Origin: an uncultured Syntrophobacteraceae bacterium
GTDB lineage: Bacteria > Desulfobacterota > Syntrophobacteria > Syntrophobacterales > Syntrophobacteraceae
Assembly (NCBI GenBank): GCA_964654275.1
Contig: CAZZHS010000003.1
Coordinates: 95,688-159,687, forward strand
Direction of reading: 5' to 3'
DNA length: 64,000 nucleotides
Below, piece after piece: positions 39,947 to 49,668 of the stretch. The translations under genes and the position numbers were made by a program. The notes beneath the pieces are model-generated. The model was not told the origin of the DNA, did not search any database, and was given only the letters and a program-made list of their open reading frames with translations. Within the stretch, counting starts at the first letter, position 1; each line of letters opens with the position of its first letter.

Positions 39947-39976
39947 CTGGTTTCCAGGCAAGAGCCTGGAAACCAG
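39947..39976 (-). terminator. Perfect 12-bp hairpin between dapL and folK (possible terminator or RNA processing site)
   Basis: CTGGTTTCCAGG-caagag-CCTGGAAACCAG. There is no U-tract on either strand. Confidence 0.3.
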
Positions 39977-40078
39977 CCGATCTGGACAATCATTTCTGCC
40001 CGGCTGTACCAGGTGACCCGGACTCATCCCGCTGGGGCGCTGAGGATTCGAGCAGCCCTCATCGTGCACCCCCCTGGC

Positions 40079-41245
40079 TCAGAGCGACATCTTTTGAATA
40101 CGTTCCGTCGCCTCTTGAATTCTCTCTTTGCTCACGGTGAGCGCCATACGGACATAACCCTCTCCGGGTTCTCCAAATCCACTGCCCGGAGTTGTGACGA
40201 TGCCGGCTTCCTTGAGAAGTCGCGCGGTGAATTCCTTGGAAGTGGCCCCGTCGGGAACCGGGCACCACACGTAAAAGGTGGCTCTGGGGGGAGTGGGATT
40301 CAACCCGGCCTTCCGCAGTCCCGCGATGAGAGTGTCCAGCCGCTCCTCGTAGATCTTCTGCATCTCCGCCACGCAGCTCTGGTCCCCTTCCAGCGCTTCA
40401 ATCCCCGCTTCCTGCACGGCGTTGAAGGCTCCTGAGTCGATGTTGCTCTTGATCTGACCGAGGCCTTCGATGATCTGCGCATTGCCCACGGCAAATCCCA
40501 GACGCCAGCCGGTCATGTTGTAAGTTTTGGAAAGCGAGTGAAATTCGATCCCGACTTCCCGTGCTCCGGGAACCTCCAAGAAGCTCATGGGCTTGTAACC
40601 GTGAAATCCCATTTCCGTATAGGCGGCATCGTGACAGACGATGATTTCATTCTCCCGGGCGAAGGCGATCACCTTCTCGAAGAACTCTCTTCCGGCCGTG
40701 GCTCCCGTGGGATTGTTGGGATAGTTGATGAACATCACCTTGGCCTTGCGGGCGACCTCGCCAGGAATACGCTCCAGATCGGGCAGGAAGTCATTCTCTT
40801 TGACAAGGGGCATGAAATAGGACTGTCCCCCGGCAAACATGGTGGCAATGTCGTAAACCGGGTAGGCAGGGGAGGGCACGAGGGCCACATCGCCCGGGTC
40901 GATGAAAGCCAGGGGAAAATGGGCGATGCCCTCTTTCGATCCGATGAGGGTCAGCACTTCCGATTCCGCATCGAGTTCCACGTTGAAGCGCGATTTGTAC
41001 CAGGCGGCCACACTGCTTCGAAACCGGTTCATCCCTGAATAGGACGGATATTGATGATTGGCGGGGTCTTCTGCCGCTTCTTTCAATTTCTGAATGATGT
41101 GAGGCGGTGTGGGAAGGTCAGGATCGCCCACACCCAGGTTGATGACGTCCACGCCTTGAGCAAGGAGTTCCGCTTTCAGTCGATCGATCTCCTGAAAAAG
41201 GTAAGGGGGAAGTTTCTTGAGACGTTCAGCCTTTTGAAAAACCAT
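40079..41245 (-). CDS. dapL: LL-diaminopimelate aminotransferase (DapL type) / class I aminotransferase
   Basis: [61 protein letters not shown]. Clustered with dapB, dapA, dapF and lysA. No dapD, dapC or dapE in the window. Start at the ATG at 41245 after GGAGGTACCA. Confidence 0.7.
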   Translation of the reverse strand: MVFQKAERLKKLPPYLFQEIDRLKAELLAQGVDVINLGVGDPDLPTPPHIIQKLKEAAEDPANHQYPSYSGMNRFRSSVAAWYKSRFNVELDAESEVLTLIGSKEGIAHFPLAFIDPGDVALVPSPAYPVYDIATMFAGGQSYFMPLVKENDFLPDLERIPGEVARKAKVMFINYPNNPTGATAGREFFEKVIAFARENEIIVCHDAAYTEMGFHGYKPMSFLEVPGAREVGIEFHSLSKTYNMTGWRLGFAVGNAQIIEGLGQIKSNIDSGAFNAVQEAGIEALEGDQSCVAEMQKIYEERLDTLIAGLRKAGLNPTPPRATFYVWCPVPDGATSKEFTARLLKEAGIVTTPGSGFGEPGEGYVRMALTVSKERIQEATERIQKMSL

Positions 41246-41367
41246 TGGTACCTCCGAATGGGTTTGGGGGGTGGAGCCCTGACTCAACAGCGGCAGCGCG
41301 CACGGGTTGAGGTGGAAGAAGGCGTTGAAAGGTTAAAGGGAATCAATCGGTCGCCTGAGCCGGCGCC

Positions 41368-42171
41368 CTATTTTATCCCGAGCACATCGTGCATGTCATA
41401 GAGCTGCGGGGGCTGCGCCACGACCCACAGCGCCGCGCGAACCGCTCCCCGCGCAAAATTGTCGCGACTGTGCGCCCGATGCGTGATCTCGATGCGTTCA
41501 CCCAGGCCGGCAAACATGACGGTGTGTTCCCCCACAATGTCTCCTCCGCGCAGAGTCTGCACCCCGATCTCTTTGGCCGTCCGCTCGCCGATCATTCCGT
41601 GGCGCTCGAAAACCCCCGTCTCCTCAAGATTCCTGCCGAGGGAGGCGGCGATCACTTCCGCCAGTTTGAGGGCGGTGCCGCTGGGGGCGTCCTTTTTGAA
41701 CCGGTGGTGTGCTTCGACGATCTCCACATCAAAGTCGTCGCCCAGAAGCCGTGCCACATCGGCAACCACTTTGAAGACAATGTTGACCCCCATGCTCATG
41801 TTGGGCGTCAGGACACAGGGAACAGATTGAGCCAGTTCCCGCGCCTCCCGCAGCTGATCCGCTCCAAAACCGGTGGACCCGATGACCATGGGCTTTCCGG
41901 CCCTGGCGGCTATCCGAAGGTGTTCGAGAGAAGCGGCAGCATTGGTGAAATCGATGATCACATCCGACTGGTCCAGGATATCCTCAATGCTTCCCCTCAC
42001 CTTCAATTTCGGGGCACTGCCGCCGATCACCTGCGCCAGGTCGCCGCCGACGCAGGGATGCGCCGCATGCTCGAATCCTGCCGAGAGCATCAGTCCGTCT
42101 GTTTCCCGAATGATCTGGGCGATGCGTGTGCCCATTCTTCCCGCCACTCCAGCCACTGCAGCGCGGATCAT
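41368..42171 (-). CDS. dapB: 4-hydroxy-tetrahydrodipicolinate reductase
   Basis: IRAAVAGVAGRMG NAD-binding start. EAHHRFKKDAPSGTA signature. Start at the ATG at 42171. The track ORF starts at 42231. Confidence 0.9.
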   Translation of the reverse strand: MIRAAVAGVAGRMGTRIAQIIRETDGLMLSAGFEHAAHPCVGGDLAQVIGGSAPKLKVRGSIEDILDQSDVIIDFTNAAASLEHLRIAARAGKPMVIGSTGFGADQLREARELAQSVPCVLTPNMSMGVNIVFKVVADVARLLGDDFDVEIVEAHHRFKKDAPSGTALKLAEVIAASLGRNLEETGVFERHGMIGERTAKEIGVQTLRGGDIVGEHTVMFAGLGERIEITHRAHSRDNFARGAVRAALWVVAQPPQLYDMHDVLGIK

Positions 42172-42273
42172 AGTGGAACCTTCCTTTTCATCGGACTTCG
42201 AGCCGGTACACCAGTTCCCGATGCCCGTCACGGGTGTTTTTGCATCGTTTCATGACGTCCGAAGCGGCCCGGA

Positions 42274-43152
42274 TCACGTTATGAGCCCATAGGCCAGGAG
42301 ATCCCGGCGGAGCTTTTCACGATTGGCCTCGCTCATGGGGGCGAGCGGCAGCCGCACCTCTTCGCTGGAGATTTTATTCATCATGGCCAGTGCGGCTTTG
42401 ACGGGAGCCGGATTGGTTTCGTAGAAGAGGGCGTGACACAGGGGCAGCAGGCGATAGTAGAGTTGCAGGGCTTCATCGGTCTTTCCCGCGAAGTGAAGGT
42501 TGCAGAGCTGAGCCATGTCCCGGGGAGCCACGTTCGATGTGACGGAAATGACGCCTTTCCCGCCCACGCACAACAGGGGGTAGGTGAGGTAATCCTCTCC
42601 TGAAACCACATCGAAGGAACTGTCGCAGCGTGCGATGATGTCCGTGATCTGTTTCATGCTGCCGGAGGCTTCCTTCACGCCCACGATGTTGGGAATTTGA
42701 GCCAGCCGGGCGATGGTGTCCGGTTCCATGTTCACCGCGGTGCGACCAGGGATGTTGTAGAGAACGATGGGAATGTCCACCGCTTCCGCCACTTTCCTGA
42801 AGTGTCGGTAGAGCCCCTCCTGAGTGGGCTTGTTGTAGTAAGGGGAGATCATGAGCGCGCCGCTGGCCCCGGCTTTCCTGGCATGCTCCGTGAGCCGGAT
42901 CGCTTCTTCGGTGCTATTGGAACCCGTTCCCGCTATGACAGGGACCCGTCCCTTCACCTGCTCCACGGCGATTTCGACAACACGTTCGTGTTCTTCGAAC
43001 GAGAGCGTTGCGGATTCTCCCGTGGTTCCGCAGGGCACAATGCCGTGAGTTCCGTTGGCGATTTGAAACTCGATGAGTTCCCTCAAGGCAGTCTCATCCA
43101 CCCGGCCATCTTTGAATGGTGTCACGATGGCCACCATTGCGCCTTTAAACAT
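42274..43152 (-). CDS. dapA: 4-hydroxy-tetrahydrodipicolinate synthase
   Basis: MFKGAMVAIVTPF, VPCGTTGESATLS and YNIPGRT are DapA signatures. Confidence 0.95.
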   Translation of the reverse strand: MFKGAMVAIVTPFKDGRVDETALRELIEFQIANGTHGIVPCGTTGESATLSFEEHERVVEIAVEQVKGRVPVIAGTGSNSTEEAIRLTEHARKAGASGALMISPYYNKPTQEGLYRHFRKVAEAVDIPIVLYNIPGRTAVNMEPDTIARLAQIPNIVGVKEASGSMKQITDIIARCDSSFDVVSGEDYLTYPLLCVGGKGVISVTSNVAPRDMAQLCNLHFAGKTDEALQLYYRLLPLCHALFYETNPAPVKAALAMMNKISSEEVRLPLAPMSEANREKLRRDLLAYGLIT

Positions 43153-43185
43153 GACTACCTCCCCCTCCTGTGGTTTGGTCGTTTC

Positions 43186-44052
43186 TCATAAGGTTTCATC
43201 CCAAAGATCCGCCTCGTAAACCACCTTGGCATCACCTTCCAGGAAAACATCTTGAAATTGTGCCGCACCCCCTCCCTTCTCGGAGGATTGGGTGAAATGG
43301 ATGGTGAGGGTCTCCCCACTGCGGGTCACCAATTCAACGGGTGGTTCGACCTGTCCGAATGCTGCAGCCACAAGAGCCGAAGCGATGGCGCCCGTGCCGC
43401 ACGCAAGGGTTTCGTCTTCCACGCCGCGTTCATACGTGCGGATCAACATGCGCCGCCTGCCCTGAACATGGGCAAAATTCACGTTCGTCCCTGCCGGTTG
43501 AAACCTTTCATGGAACCGGAAAAAGCGTCCATGCAGGCAGACATCGAGGCGGTTCAGTTCTTCCTCTGAATTCAGAAGTCCCACGAGGTGCGGCACACCC
43601 GTGTTGATAAAATTCAAGACGAAGGGCTTCCCGTCGCTTTCCAGGGTAAAATTCAGCATCAGATTCTCGGGAGAAGTCATCCGAATCTTGACGCGCTTCC
43701 CCATCACTTCCGCAGCAATGATGCCCGCACGTGTCCGAAACGACATGCGAGGTTGCGAAACGATGCCCTTGAGAAACGCATAGCGCGCCGCACAGCGCGC
43801 TCCGTTTCCGCACATCTCGGCTTCGCTGGAATCTGCGTTGAAAAAGCGCCAGCGGAAATCAAGCTCCGCATCCTTTTCGATGAAAATGAAGCCGTCGGCT
43901 CCGACCGAAAGCTTCCGTCGACACGCTGCCCGAATGAGATCGGAAGAGTGGTCCGCATCGAAAAGCTGCTCCCGGTTGTCCACGATGATGAAGTCGTTGC
44001 CGCTGCCGGTCATCTTGGTGAATCGAATGGTTCCATTGGATGGGTCGTTCAT
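43186..44052 (-). CDS. dapF: Diaminopimelate epimerase
   Basis: FTKMTGSGNDFIIVDN, MCGNGARC and LACGTGA carry the two catalytic Cys motifs. Confidence 0.92.
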   Translation of the reverse strand: MNDPSNGTIRFTKMTGSGNDFIIVDNREQLFDADHSSDLIRAACRRKLSVGADGFIFIEKDAELDFRWRFFNADSSEAEMCGNGARCAARYAFLKGIVSQPRMSFRTRAGIIAAEVMGKRVKIRMTSPENLMLNFTLESDGKPFVLNFINTGVPHLVGLLNSEEELNRLDVCLHGRFFRFHERFQPAGTNVNFAHVQGRRRMLIRTYERGVEDETLACGTGAIASALVAAAFGQVEPPVELVTRSGETLTIHFTQSSEKGGGAAQFQDVFLEGDAKVVYEADLWDETL

Positions 44053-44209
44053 GTGTCAGGGTTCCTCAAACAGCCGTTCACTCCAAAGGCGGGTCGAGCT
44101 CAAGTGCCGGACCCGTCATTCACCCGTGGAGCCGGCCGTCTTCCGGAGGTTCATGAAATTCAGCCGGGCGGCGTCGGTGAAACTTTCGCTGGAATCCGAG
44201 CAGAGGCAC

Positions 44210-45466
44210 TTACCGCAGGATGGGCGGCACCTCTTCCATGCGAACGAGATCTTCCCAGGTTTCCCGCCGGCGAATCACAAAGTAGCGATCGCCTTCGACC
44301 ATCACTTCGGCGGCTCGAGGGCGCGAATTGTAGTTGGAGGACATGGTGAATCCATAAGCTCCCGCACTCATCACTGCAAGACACCCGCCTTCACTGACCC
44401 TCGGGAGACTTCGGTCTTTGGCCAGAAAATCGCCCGATTCACAGATGGGGCCCACCACATCCACCACCGCGGAGTCACCCTCTTCTTGAACAACGGGCTG
44501 AATGTGGTGATAGGAGCCGTAGAGACTTGGGCGCACCAGATCGTTCATGCCCGCATCCACGATGAGAAAGTTCTTGCTGGGTGTGTCCTTGGTATAGAGG
44601 ACTTTGGTGAGCAGGATCCCCGCGTTGCCCACGATAACGCGCCCGGGTTCGAAAATCAACGTGCACGAAAGACCCTCCAGTTCCTCCAGGATGGCCTTGG
44701 CGTATTCCGTGGGATGCGGGGGGGTCTCCTGATCGTAGGGAATGCCCAGGCCGCCGCCCAGGTCCAGATGCGAGATGTGGACCCCGGCGTCTTCAAGTTT
44801 GGCGATGAGCAGGCGCAGCCGCCTGAGTGCATCCACAAAAGGGCTGATTTCGGTCAGCTGGCTTCCGATATGACAGTCGACGCCGAGGATCTCAATGTGC
44901 GGGAGAGCGCCGGCCTCCAGATAGGCGTTGAGAGCACTTTCCACGTCGATGCCGAACTTGTTCTTTTTCATCCCGGTGGAGATGTAAGGGTGCGTTTTGG
45001 GATCCACGTCCGGATTCACCCGAAGGGCGATACGCGCACGCCTGCCGAGCTTCCCGGCGCGTTCGTTCAGCGCAGCCAGTTCCCGGGGAGATTCGATGTT
45101 AAACATCAGGATGTCTTCACGGAGGGCGTAGTCGATTTCCTCAGTCGTTTTGCCCACACCCGAATAGACGATGCGTTCGGGCGGGATGCCGGCCCTGCGG
45201 GCGCGAAACAGCTCACCGCCCGAAACGATGTCCACGCCGCCGCCCAGGGTATGGAAAAGTCGGAGTATGGCGAGGTTCGAATTCGCCTTGACCGAGTAGC
45301 ACGTGAGATGAGAGACCTCTGAGAACGCCTGATCGAAGACGGTGAAGTGGTGGCGGAGGGTCGCGTGGCTGTAGACATAGCAGGGAGTGCCGACTTCCTC
45401 CGCAATTTTTTTCAAAGGGACCTTTTCACAGTAAAGTTCGTTGCCGTGATACTTAAAGTGATGCAT
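44210..45466 (-). CDS. lysA: Diaminopimelate decarboxylase
   Basis: GTPCYVYS, YSVKANSN, GGGLGIPY and CESGD are Orn/DAP decarboxylase motifs. Start at the ATG at 45466 (MHHFKYHG). The track ORF extends to 45631. Confidence 0.9.
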   Translation of the reverse strand: MHHFKYHGNELYCEKVPLKKIAEEVGTPCYVYSHATLRHHFTVFDQAFSEVSHLTCYSVKANSNLAILRLFHTLGGGVDIVSGGELFRARRAGIPPERIVYSGVGKTTEEIDYALREDILMFNIESPRELAALNERAGKLGRRARIALRVNPDVDPKTHPYISTGMKKNKFGIDVESALNAYLEAGALPHIEILGVDCHIGSQLTEISPFVDALRRLRLLIAKLEDAGVHISHLDLGGGLGIPYDQETPPHPTEYAKAILEELEGLSCTLIFEPGRVIVGNAGILLTKVLYTKDTPSKNFLIVDAGMNDLVRPSLYGSYHHIQPVVQEEGDSAVVDVVGPICESGDFLAKDRSLPRVSEGGCLAVMSAGAYGFTMSSNYNSRPRAAEVMVEGDRYFVIRRRETWEDLVRMEEVPPILR

Positions 45467-45614
45467 CGCCTGCCTCGTAGTTCGTGAAAGTTCAGCCGTT
45501 GCCCTTTGGGGCCCGACGGCTTGAGAGTCCGGTGAAATCAGGAGACCCCGGCCCGAAAGGAACCGGTTTTGTGACCGTCGGTTCGCCACGCGGAATCCGA
45601 CGGAAAACTCGGGT

Positions 45615-46703
45615 TCACTCGAAGGACACACTCCGGATTTCCGCCCACTTGGAGAGCAGCCCCTCTTTCTGATCGGGTGGGTGGCTCACCGTCGACACAG
45701 CGTAACCGTAAATGACGTTCGACCTCACATTTCGATCATGGAACGGGGGATTTTTGACCGGTGTGGCAGTCAGCCGGATGATCTCCGTTCCCTCGCGTCG
45801 GTACACGTGATAGCCCGCAGGGTTGCCCTCGCCGGGTGTCCATTGAACCTCCAGACCGCCCTTGGACGGGATGACCCACACCGTGGCGGGAGGAGGCGGA
45901 GGAAGTGCCTCCGGGGCCTTCACGCCGCTCAAGAGGATCGGTTCGCCATAGACACTCGTGCCTTCGAAGACGACGAGCGGGGTGATCCGGTACTGATAAG
46001 AGTGGTTGGGCGCGGGAGCCGAATCCAGGAAAGAATCGCCTCTCACGGGAACCGGGGAGAGGAGTTCCCATTTGTCCGCTTGGGAGGTGCGCTCCACAAC
46101 ATACTGAAGCTCACCCTTCAAAGCCTTGCCCTCCAGATCTCGCCGGGTTTCTCTCCACTGAAGAAGAATTCCCTGTGGCCCTCCCGTGGCCTTGGCATCC
46201 CGCGGTGTGGCGGGGGCCGGGACCACTTTGGCCGTGGAGGTGTTCGACTGCACCAGCTGGTGTCCTCTCGCGTCCAGCAACAACACCTGGTAACGGTAGG
46301 CCCGAAAAGGTGCCACGGAACCATCGCGCCAGAAAACGCGTTCCGCGCGCAATTCAGCGCCCTGCGGATAGGCCGGGTCCAGCCGAAAAACTTCCTGCTC
46401 GGTGGGGACGGGGCAATCCGTGCAATCACGACTCTCCCAGGGGATCTCGGTGCGCAGGACCGAAAATTGATTCCTGGCGCCGCGCAGACCTTCCAGCCCC
46501 GGACTTGGCAGGGTCCAGGAGAGCTCGACCCCCTGGCCGAGCACTCGAGTTGAAAGGTCCTGAATCTGGGGGGGGGTACCGGGAGGAATAGGCCTCGGCA
46601 TGGTCTTTCTGCCGCAGCCCGGGAGAAGGAACCCCAAAAGGAGCAAGATGATGAGCCCCCAGCGGGAATATCCAATATGGGTGCAAGGAATGTGTGTTCT
46701 CAT
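45615..46703 (-). CDS. Lipoprotein with three fibronectin type III-like modules
   Basis: The ATG at 46703 gives MRTHIPCTHIGYSRWGLIILLLLGFLLPG-C, a signal peptide plus lipobox. Three segments follow with FN3-like starts: PPQIQDLSTRVLGQGVELSW, PATPRDAKATGGPQGILLQW, and PPPATVWVIPSKGGLEVQW...GYHVYR. The longer track ORF (to 47495) overlaps argH and is rejected. Confidence 0.65.
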   Translation of the reverse strand: MRTHIPCTHIGYSRWGLIILLLLGFLLPGCGRKTMPRPIPPGTPPQIQDLSTRVLGQGVELSWTLPSPGLEGLRGARNQFSVLRTEIPWESRDCTDCPVPTEQEVFRLDPAYPQGAELRAERVFWRDGSVAPFRAYRYQVLLLDARGHQLVQSNTSTAKVVPAPATPRDAKATGGPQGILLQWRETRRDLEGKALKGELQYVVERTSQADKWELLSPVPVRGDSFLDSAPAPNHSYQYRITPLVVFEGTSVYGEPILLSGVKAPEALPPPPPATVWVIPSKGGLEVQWTPGEGNPAGYHVYRREGTEIIRLTATPVKNPPFHDRNVRSNVIYGYAVSTVSHPPDQKEGLLSKWAEIRSVSFE

Positions 46704-46726
46704 GAATTGTCTTCCACAGGAGGGCC

Positions 46727-48127
46727 TTATCCCCTCCATTGATTCTTCTTCAGCTCCAGTTCTTCCCGGGCGCGGTCGATGGCTGCCCTCAATCGAGACG
46801 AGGCCGTTCCGCCGCAGGAGACCCTCCGGTCGACCGAGCCCTTCAGGTCCAAAAGGGCAAACACGTCTCTGTCGATGGCTTTGTGGAACATTCTGAATTC
46901 CTCGAAGGTGCAGTCCTCCAGTTCCTTGCCGTGCTGCACGCAGTGCTGGACGATTTGCCCCACCACGTGGTGCGCCTTTCTGAACGGGATTCCTTTCTGT
47001 ACCAGGTAATCCGCAAGGTCTGTGGCCAGCGTGAACCCCTGACCCGCCAACTTCTGCAGGCGCTCGCGGTGAAAATGAATTTCCGGAAGGAGCCTTGCCA
47101 GGAGCCTCAACGTGCTCAGAACCGTATCCGCGGTGTCGAAAACCGGCTCCTTGTCCTCCTGGAGATCCCGGTTGTACGTCAGTGGAAGCGCTTTGGTGAG
47201 CGTGAGCAGCGCCATCAGGTTGCCGTAAACGCGGGCGGTTTTCCCGCGCATCAATTCGGGAACGTCGGGATTCTTCTTCTGCGGCATGATGCTCGAGCCC
47301 GTGCAGAAGGCGTCGCTGATCTCGATGAATCCGAACTCGCTCGTCGACCAGAGAATGAGTTCCTCGGCCATGCGGCTCACGTGCATCATGGCGATGGCTG
47401 AGGCTGCGCTGAATTCGATGAGGTGATCCCGGTCGCTCACAGCGTCCATGCTGTTGTTGACAACTCGGGGAAACTCGAGGTAGCGGGCCGTCCATTCCAT
47501 GTCGATGGGGAAGGTCGTTCCCGCCAGCGCCGCACTGCCCAGGGGAAGCACATCCGCGCGGGTGAGACAGTCGCGGAACCGTTGGTCGTCACGTTCGAAC
47601 ATTTCATAGTAGGCCATGAAATGGTGTGAAAGCAGCACGGGCTGAGCATGCTGCAGGTGCGTGAACCCCGGCATGATGTAATCCTGATGTTTTTCGGCCA
47701 GACTGACCAGGGCGCTTTGAACGTCATGCAGCGCGAGCCTGCACTGCAGGAGGACATCCCGCAGGTAGAGACGCATGTCGAGGCAAATCTGGTCGTTGCG
47801 GCTTCGCGCCGTGTGCAGCTTGCCGCCCACTTCCCCAATTTTCTGAATGAGCCGCCGCTCGACGGCCATGTGAATGTCCTCCTGGGAAGGGTCGAACTTG
47901 AGTTGTCCCCGTTCGATTTCCCGCTGAATTTCACCCAGGGTTTCGACAATGAGCGAGGCTTCTTCATGGGAGATGATTTTGCACTCGGCGAGCATCTTGC
48001 AATGAGCGATGCTGCCCTGGATGTCGTATTTGTAGAGCCTGTTGTCGAAGTGAATCGAAGCGGTGTACTCTTCCACCTGTTTGTTGGTGGGTTGCTCAAA
48101 ACGGCCCTGCCACAGCTTTTCAGGCAT
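46727..48127 (-). CDS. argH: Argininosuccinate lyase
   Basis: KLWQGRF start. Fumarate-lyase signature GSSIMPQKKNPD. Start at the ATG at 48127. Confidence 0.95.
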   Translation of the reverse strand: MPEKLWQGRFEQPTNKQVEEYTASIHFDNRLYKYDIQGSIAHCKMLAECKIISHEEASLIVETLGEIQREIERGQLKFDPSQEDIHMAVERRLIQKIGEVGGKLHTARSRNDQICLDMRLYLRDVLLQCRLALHDVQSALVSLAEKHQDYIMPGFTHLQHAQPVLLSHHFMAYYEMFERDDQRFRDCLTRADVLPLGSAALAGTTFPIDMEWTARYLEFPRVVNNSMDAVSDRDHLIEFSAASAIAMMHVSRMAEELILWSTSEFGFIEISDAFCTGSSIMPQKKNPDVPELMRGKTARVYGNLMALLTLTKALPLTYNRDLQEDKEPVFDTADTVLSTLRLLARLLPEIHFHRERLQKLAGQGFTLATDLADYLVQKGIPFRKAHHVVGQIVQHCVQHGKELEDCTFEEFRMFHKAIDRDVFALLDLKGSVDRRVSCGGTASSRLRAAIDRAREELELKKNQWRG

Positions 48128-48205
48128 CACGCATTTTCCCTCATGCCGAAGCGTCCACCGTGGTGGCGGTGGATTTCCAGGTTGCAAAATTCTCGAGACG
48201 GATTT

Positions 48206-49423
48206 CTAGCCCCTCTTCTCCATCGCTCGCTTCACGAGCGAGTCGATCTGCAGACGCAGTCCGTTCAGGCGGATGAAACCGGTCGCGTCGCTCTGGCGGT
48301 ACACCTCATCCTCTTCGAAGGTGGCGAAGCTGGGCTGGTAGAGTGACCGGTCGGATTTGCGGCCGGTCACCAGGCAATTCCCTTTGTACAATTTCAGACG
48401 GGCCGTGCCCCACACCATTTCCTGGGTCCGGTCGATCATTTCCTGCAGGACTCTCATCTCCGGAGAAAACCAGAATCCGTTGTAGATCAGCCGGGAATAC
48501 TGTGGAATGAGCGAATCTCTCAAGTACATCACTTCCCGGTCCAGGGTGATGGATTCCACCGCCTGATGGGCCAGACGCATGAGGGTACCACCCGGAGTTT
48601 CATAGACGCCGCGCGACTTCATCCCGACAAAGCGATTCTCCACGAGGTCGACCCGACCGATGCCGTGGCGGCCTCCAAGCCGGTTCAGTTCAGCGAGGAG
48701 CGAGGCGGGGCTGAACCGCTTTCCATTGACCGCGACGGGGTTGCCGCGCTCAAAGTCCACTTCGACCGTTTCCGGGGTGTCGGGTGCCATTTCGGGCGAC
48801 ACACTGAGGGTGAACATGGCGGGGTCCGGTTCGAGCCAGGGGTCCTCCAGGATGCCCCCTTCGTAGCTGATGTGGAGAAGGTTTCTGTCGGAACTGTATG
48901 GCTTTTCCCTGGTGACAGGCACGGGGATGTCCCGTTTGCGGGCGAATTCTATGAGGGCATTGCGCGACTTCAAATCCCACTCCCTCCAGGGAGCGATGAC
49001 CTTGATTTCGGGGTTGAGGGCCATGTAAGTGAGTTCGAATCGCACCTGGTCGTTGCCCTTGCCGGTGGCACCATGGCTGACGGCGTCAGCGCCTTCTTCC
49101 TCCGCGATGCGGATCTGGTGCTTGGCAATGATGGGGCGCGCGATGGACGTTCCCAGGAGATACTGTCCCTCGTAGATGGCGTTGGCCCGAAAAGCGGGAA
49201 AAACAAAGTCACGGACGAACTCTTCCTTGAGATCCTCGATGCGGGCCTTCACCGCCCCTGTTGCCAGGGCTTTGGCTTCAATGCCGCCGAGTTCTTCTCC
49301 CTGGCCCAGGTCCGCAGCATAGGCCACCACTTCGCAGTCGTAGGTCTCGATCAACCATTTCAAAATGATGGAGGTGTCCAGACCACCCGAATACGCAAGC
49401 ACAACCTTCTTCACTTTCGTCAC
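48206..49423 (-). CDS. argG: Argininosuccinate synthase
   Basis: [14 protein letters not shown]-loop. [13 protein letters not shown]. 405 aa. Confidence 0.95.
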   Translation of the reverse strand: MTKVKKVVLAYSGGLDTSIILKWLIETYDCEVVAYAADLGQGEELGGIEAKALATGAVKARIEDLKEEFVRDFVFPAFRANAIYEGQYLLGTSIARPIIAKHQIRIAEEEGADAVSHGATGKGNDQVRFELTYMALNPEIKVIAPWREWDLKSRNALIEFARKRDIPVPVTREKPYSSDRNLLHISYEGGILEDPWLEPDPAMFTLSVSPEMAPDTPETVEVDFERGNPVAVNGKRFSPASLLAELNRLGGRHGIGRVDLVENRFVGMKSRGVYETPGGTLMRLAHQAVESITLDREVMYLRDSLIPQYSRLIYNGFWFSPEMRVLQEMIDRTQEMVWGTARLKLYKGNCLVTGRKSDRSLYQPSFATFEEDEVYRQSDATGFIRLNGLRLQIDSLVKRAMEKRG

Positions 49424-49498
49424 GGAAACCGTCTCCTTCTGCTATCCAACTTCGAATTTCCTGGTCATTTCCTGACAGGGAAATGCGGGTTCGTCTCG

Positions 49499-49540
49499 AA
49501 TAAAGAATTTTCCTTCCTCCCCCCCCACACAGGAGGAAGG
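49499..49540 (-). terminator. Hairpin plus U-rich tail between argF and argG (terminator or attenuator candidate)
   Basis: The minus strand reads CCTTCCTCC-(11 nt)-GGAGGAAGG followed by AAAATTCTTTATT. Confidence 0.35.
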
Positions 49541-49668
49541 CTGCGAGGTGCTCCCCTCAGAGACCGCACGCAGGCGGCGAATGCCGGGAAAACAAGACCG
49601 GATTTCAACCCTCACTCAGGCGCGTCGGCCCCCGGGGGGCCTTGCGGGCCCTCAAGATTTCCCTCAAA

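Noticed and set aside
43838-45322. 494-aa plus-strand ORF spanning the dapF-lysA junction (also 53089..54075 antisense to hslU, 55896..57023 antisense to the EF-G paralog, 48566..49732 antisense to argG, 29594..30754 antisense to the COG2403 gene, and 26236..27129 and 27607..28377 antisense to clpA)
   Set aside because: All are shadow ORFs opposite genes with textbook motifs. Several cross intergenic regions, which real genes in this compact arrangement would not do.
45467-45614. Lysine riboswitch upstream of lysA (and upstream of dapL, 41246-41367)
   Set aside because: The regions are too short (148 and ~120 nt) and lack the conserved L-box AGAGGCGC/GGAG elements.
46704-47495. N-terminal 264 codons of the 626-aa minus-strand ORF 45615..47495
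   Set aside because: This part overlaps argH, which has unambiguous lyase motifs in another frame. It is Arg/Pro/Gly/His-rich. It would also bury the clear signal peptide and lipobox that begins at the ATG at 46703.
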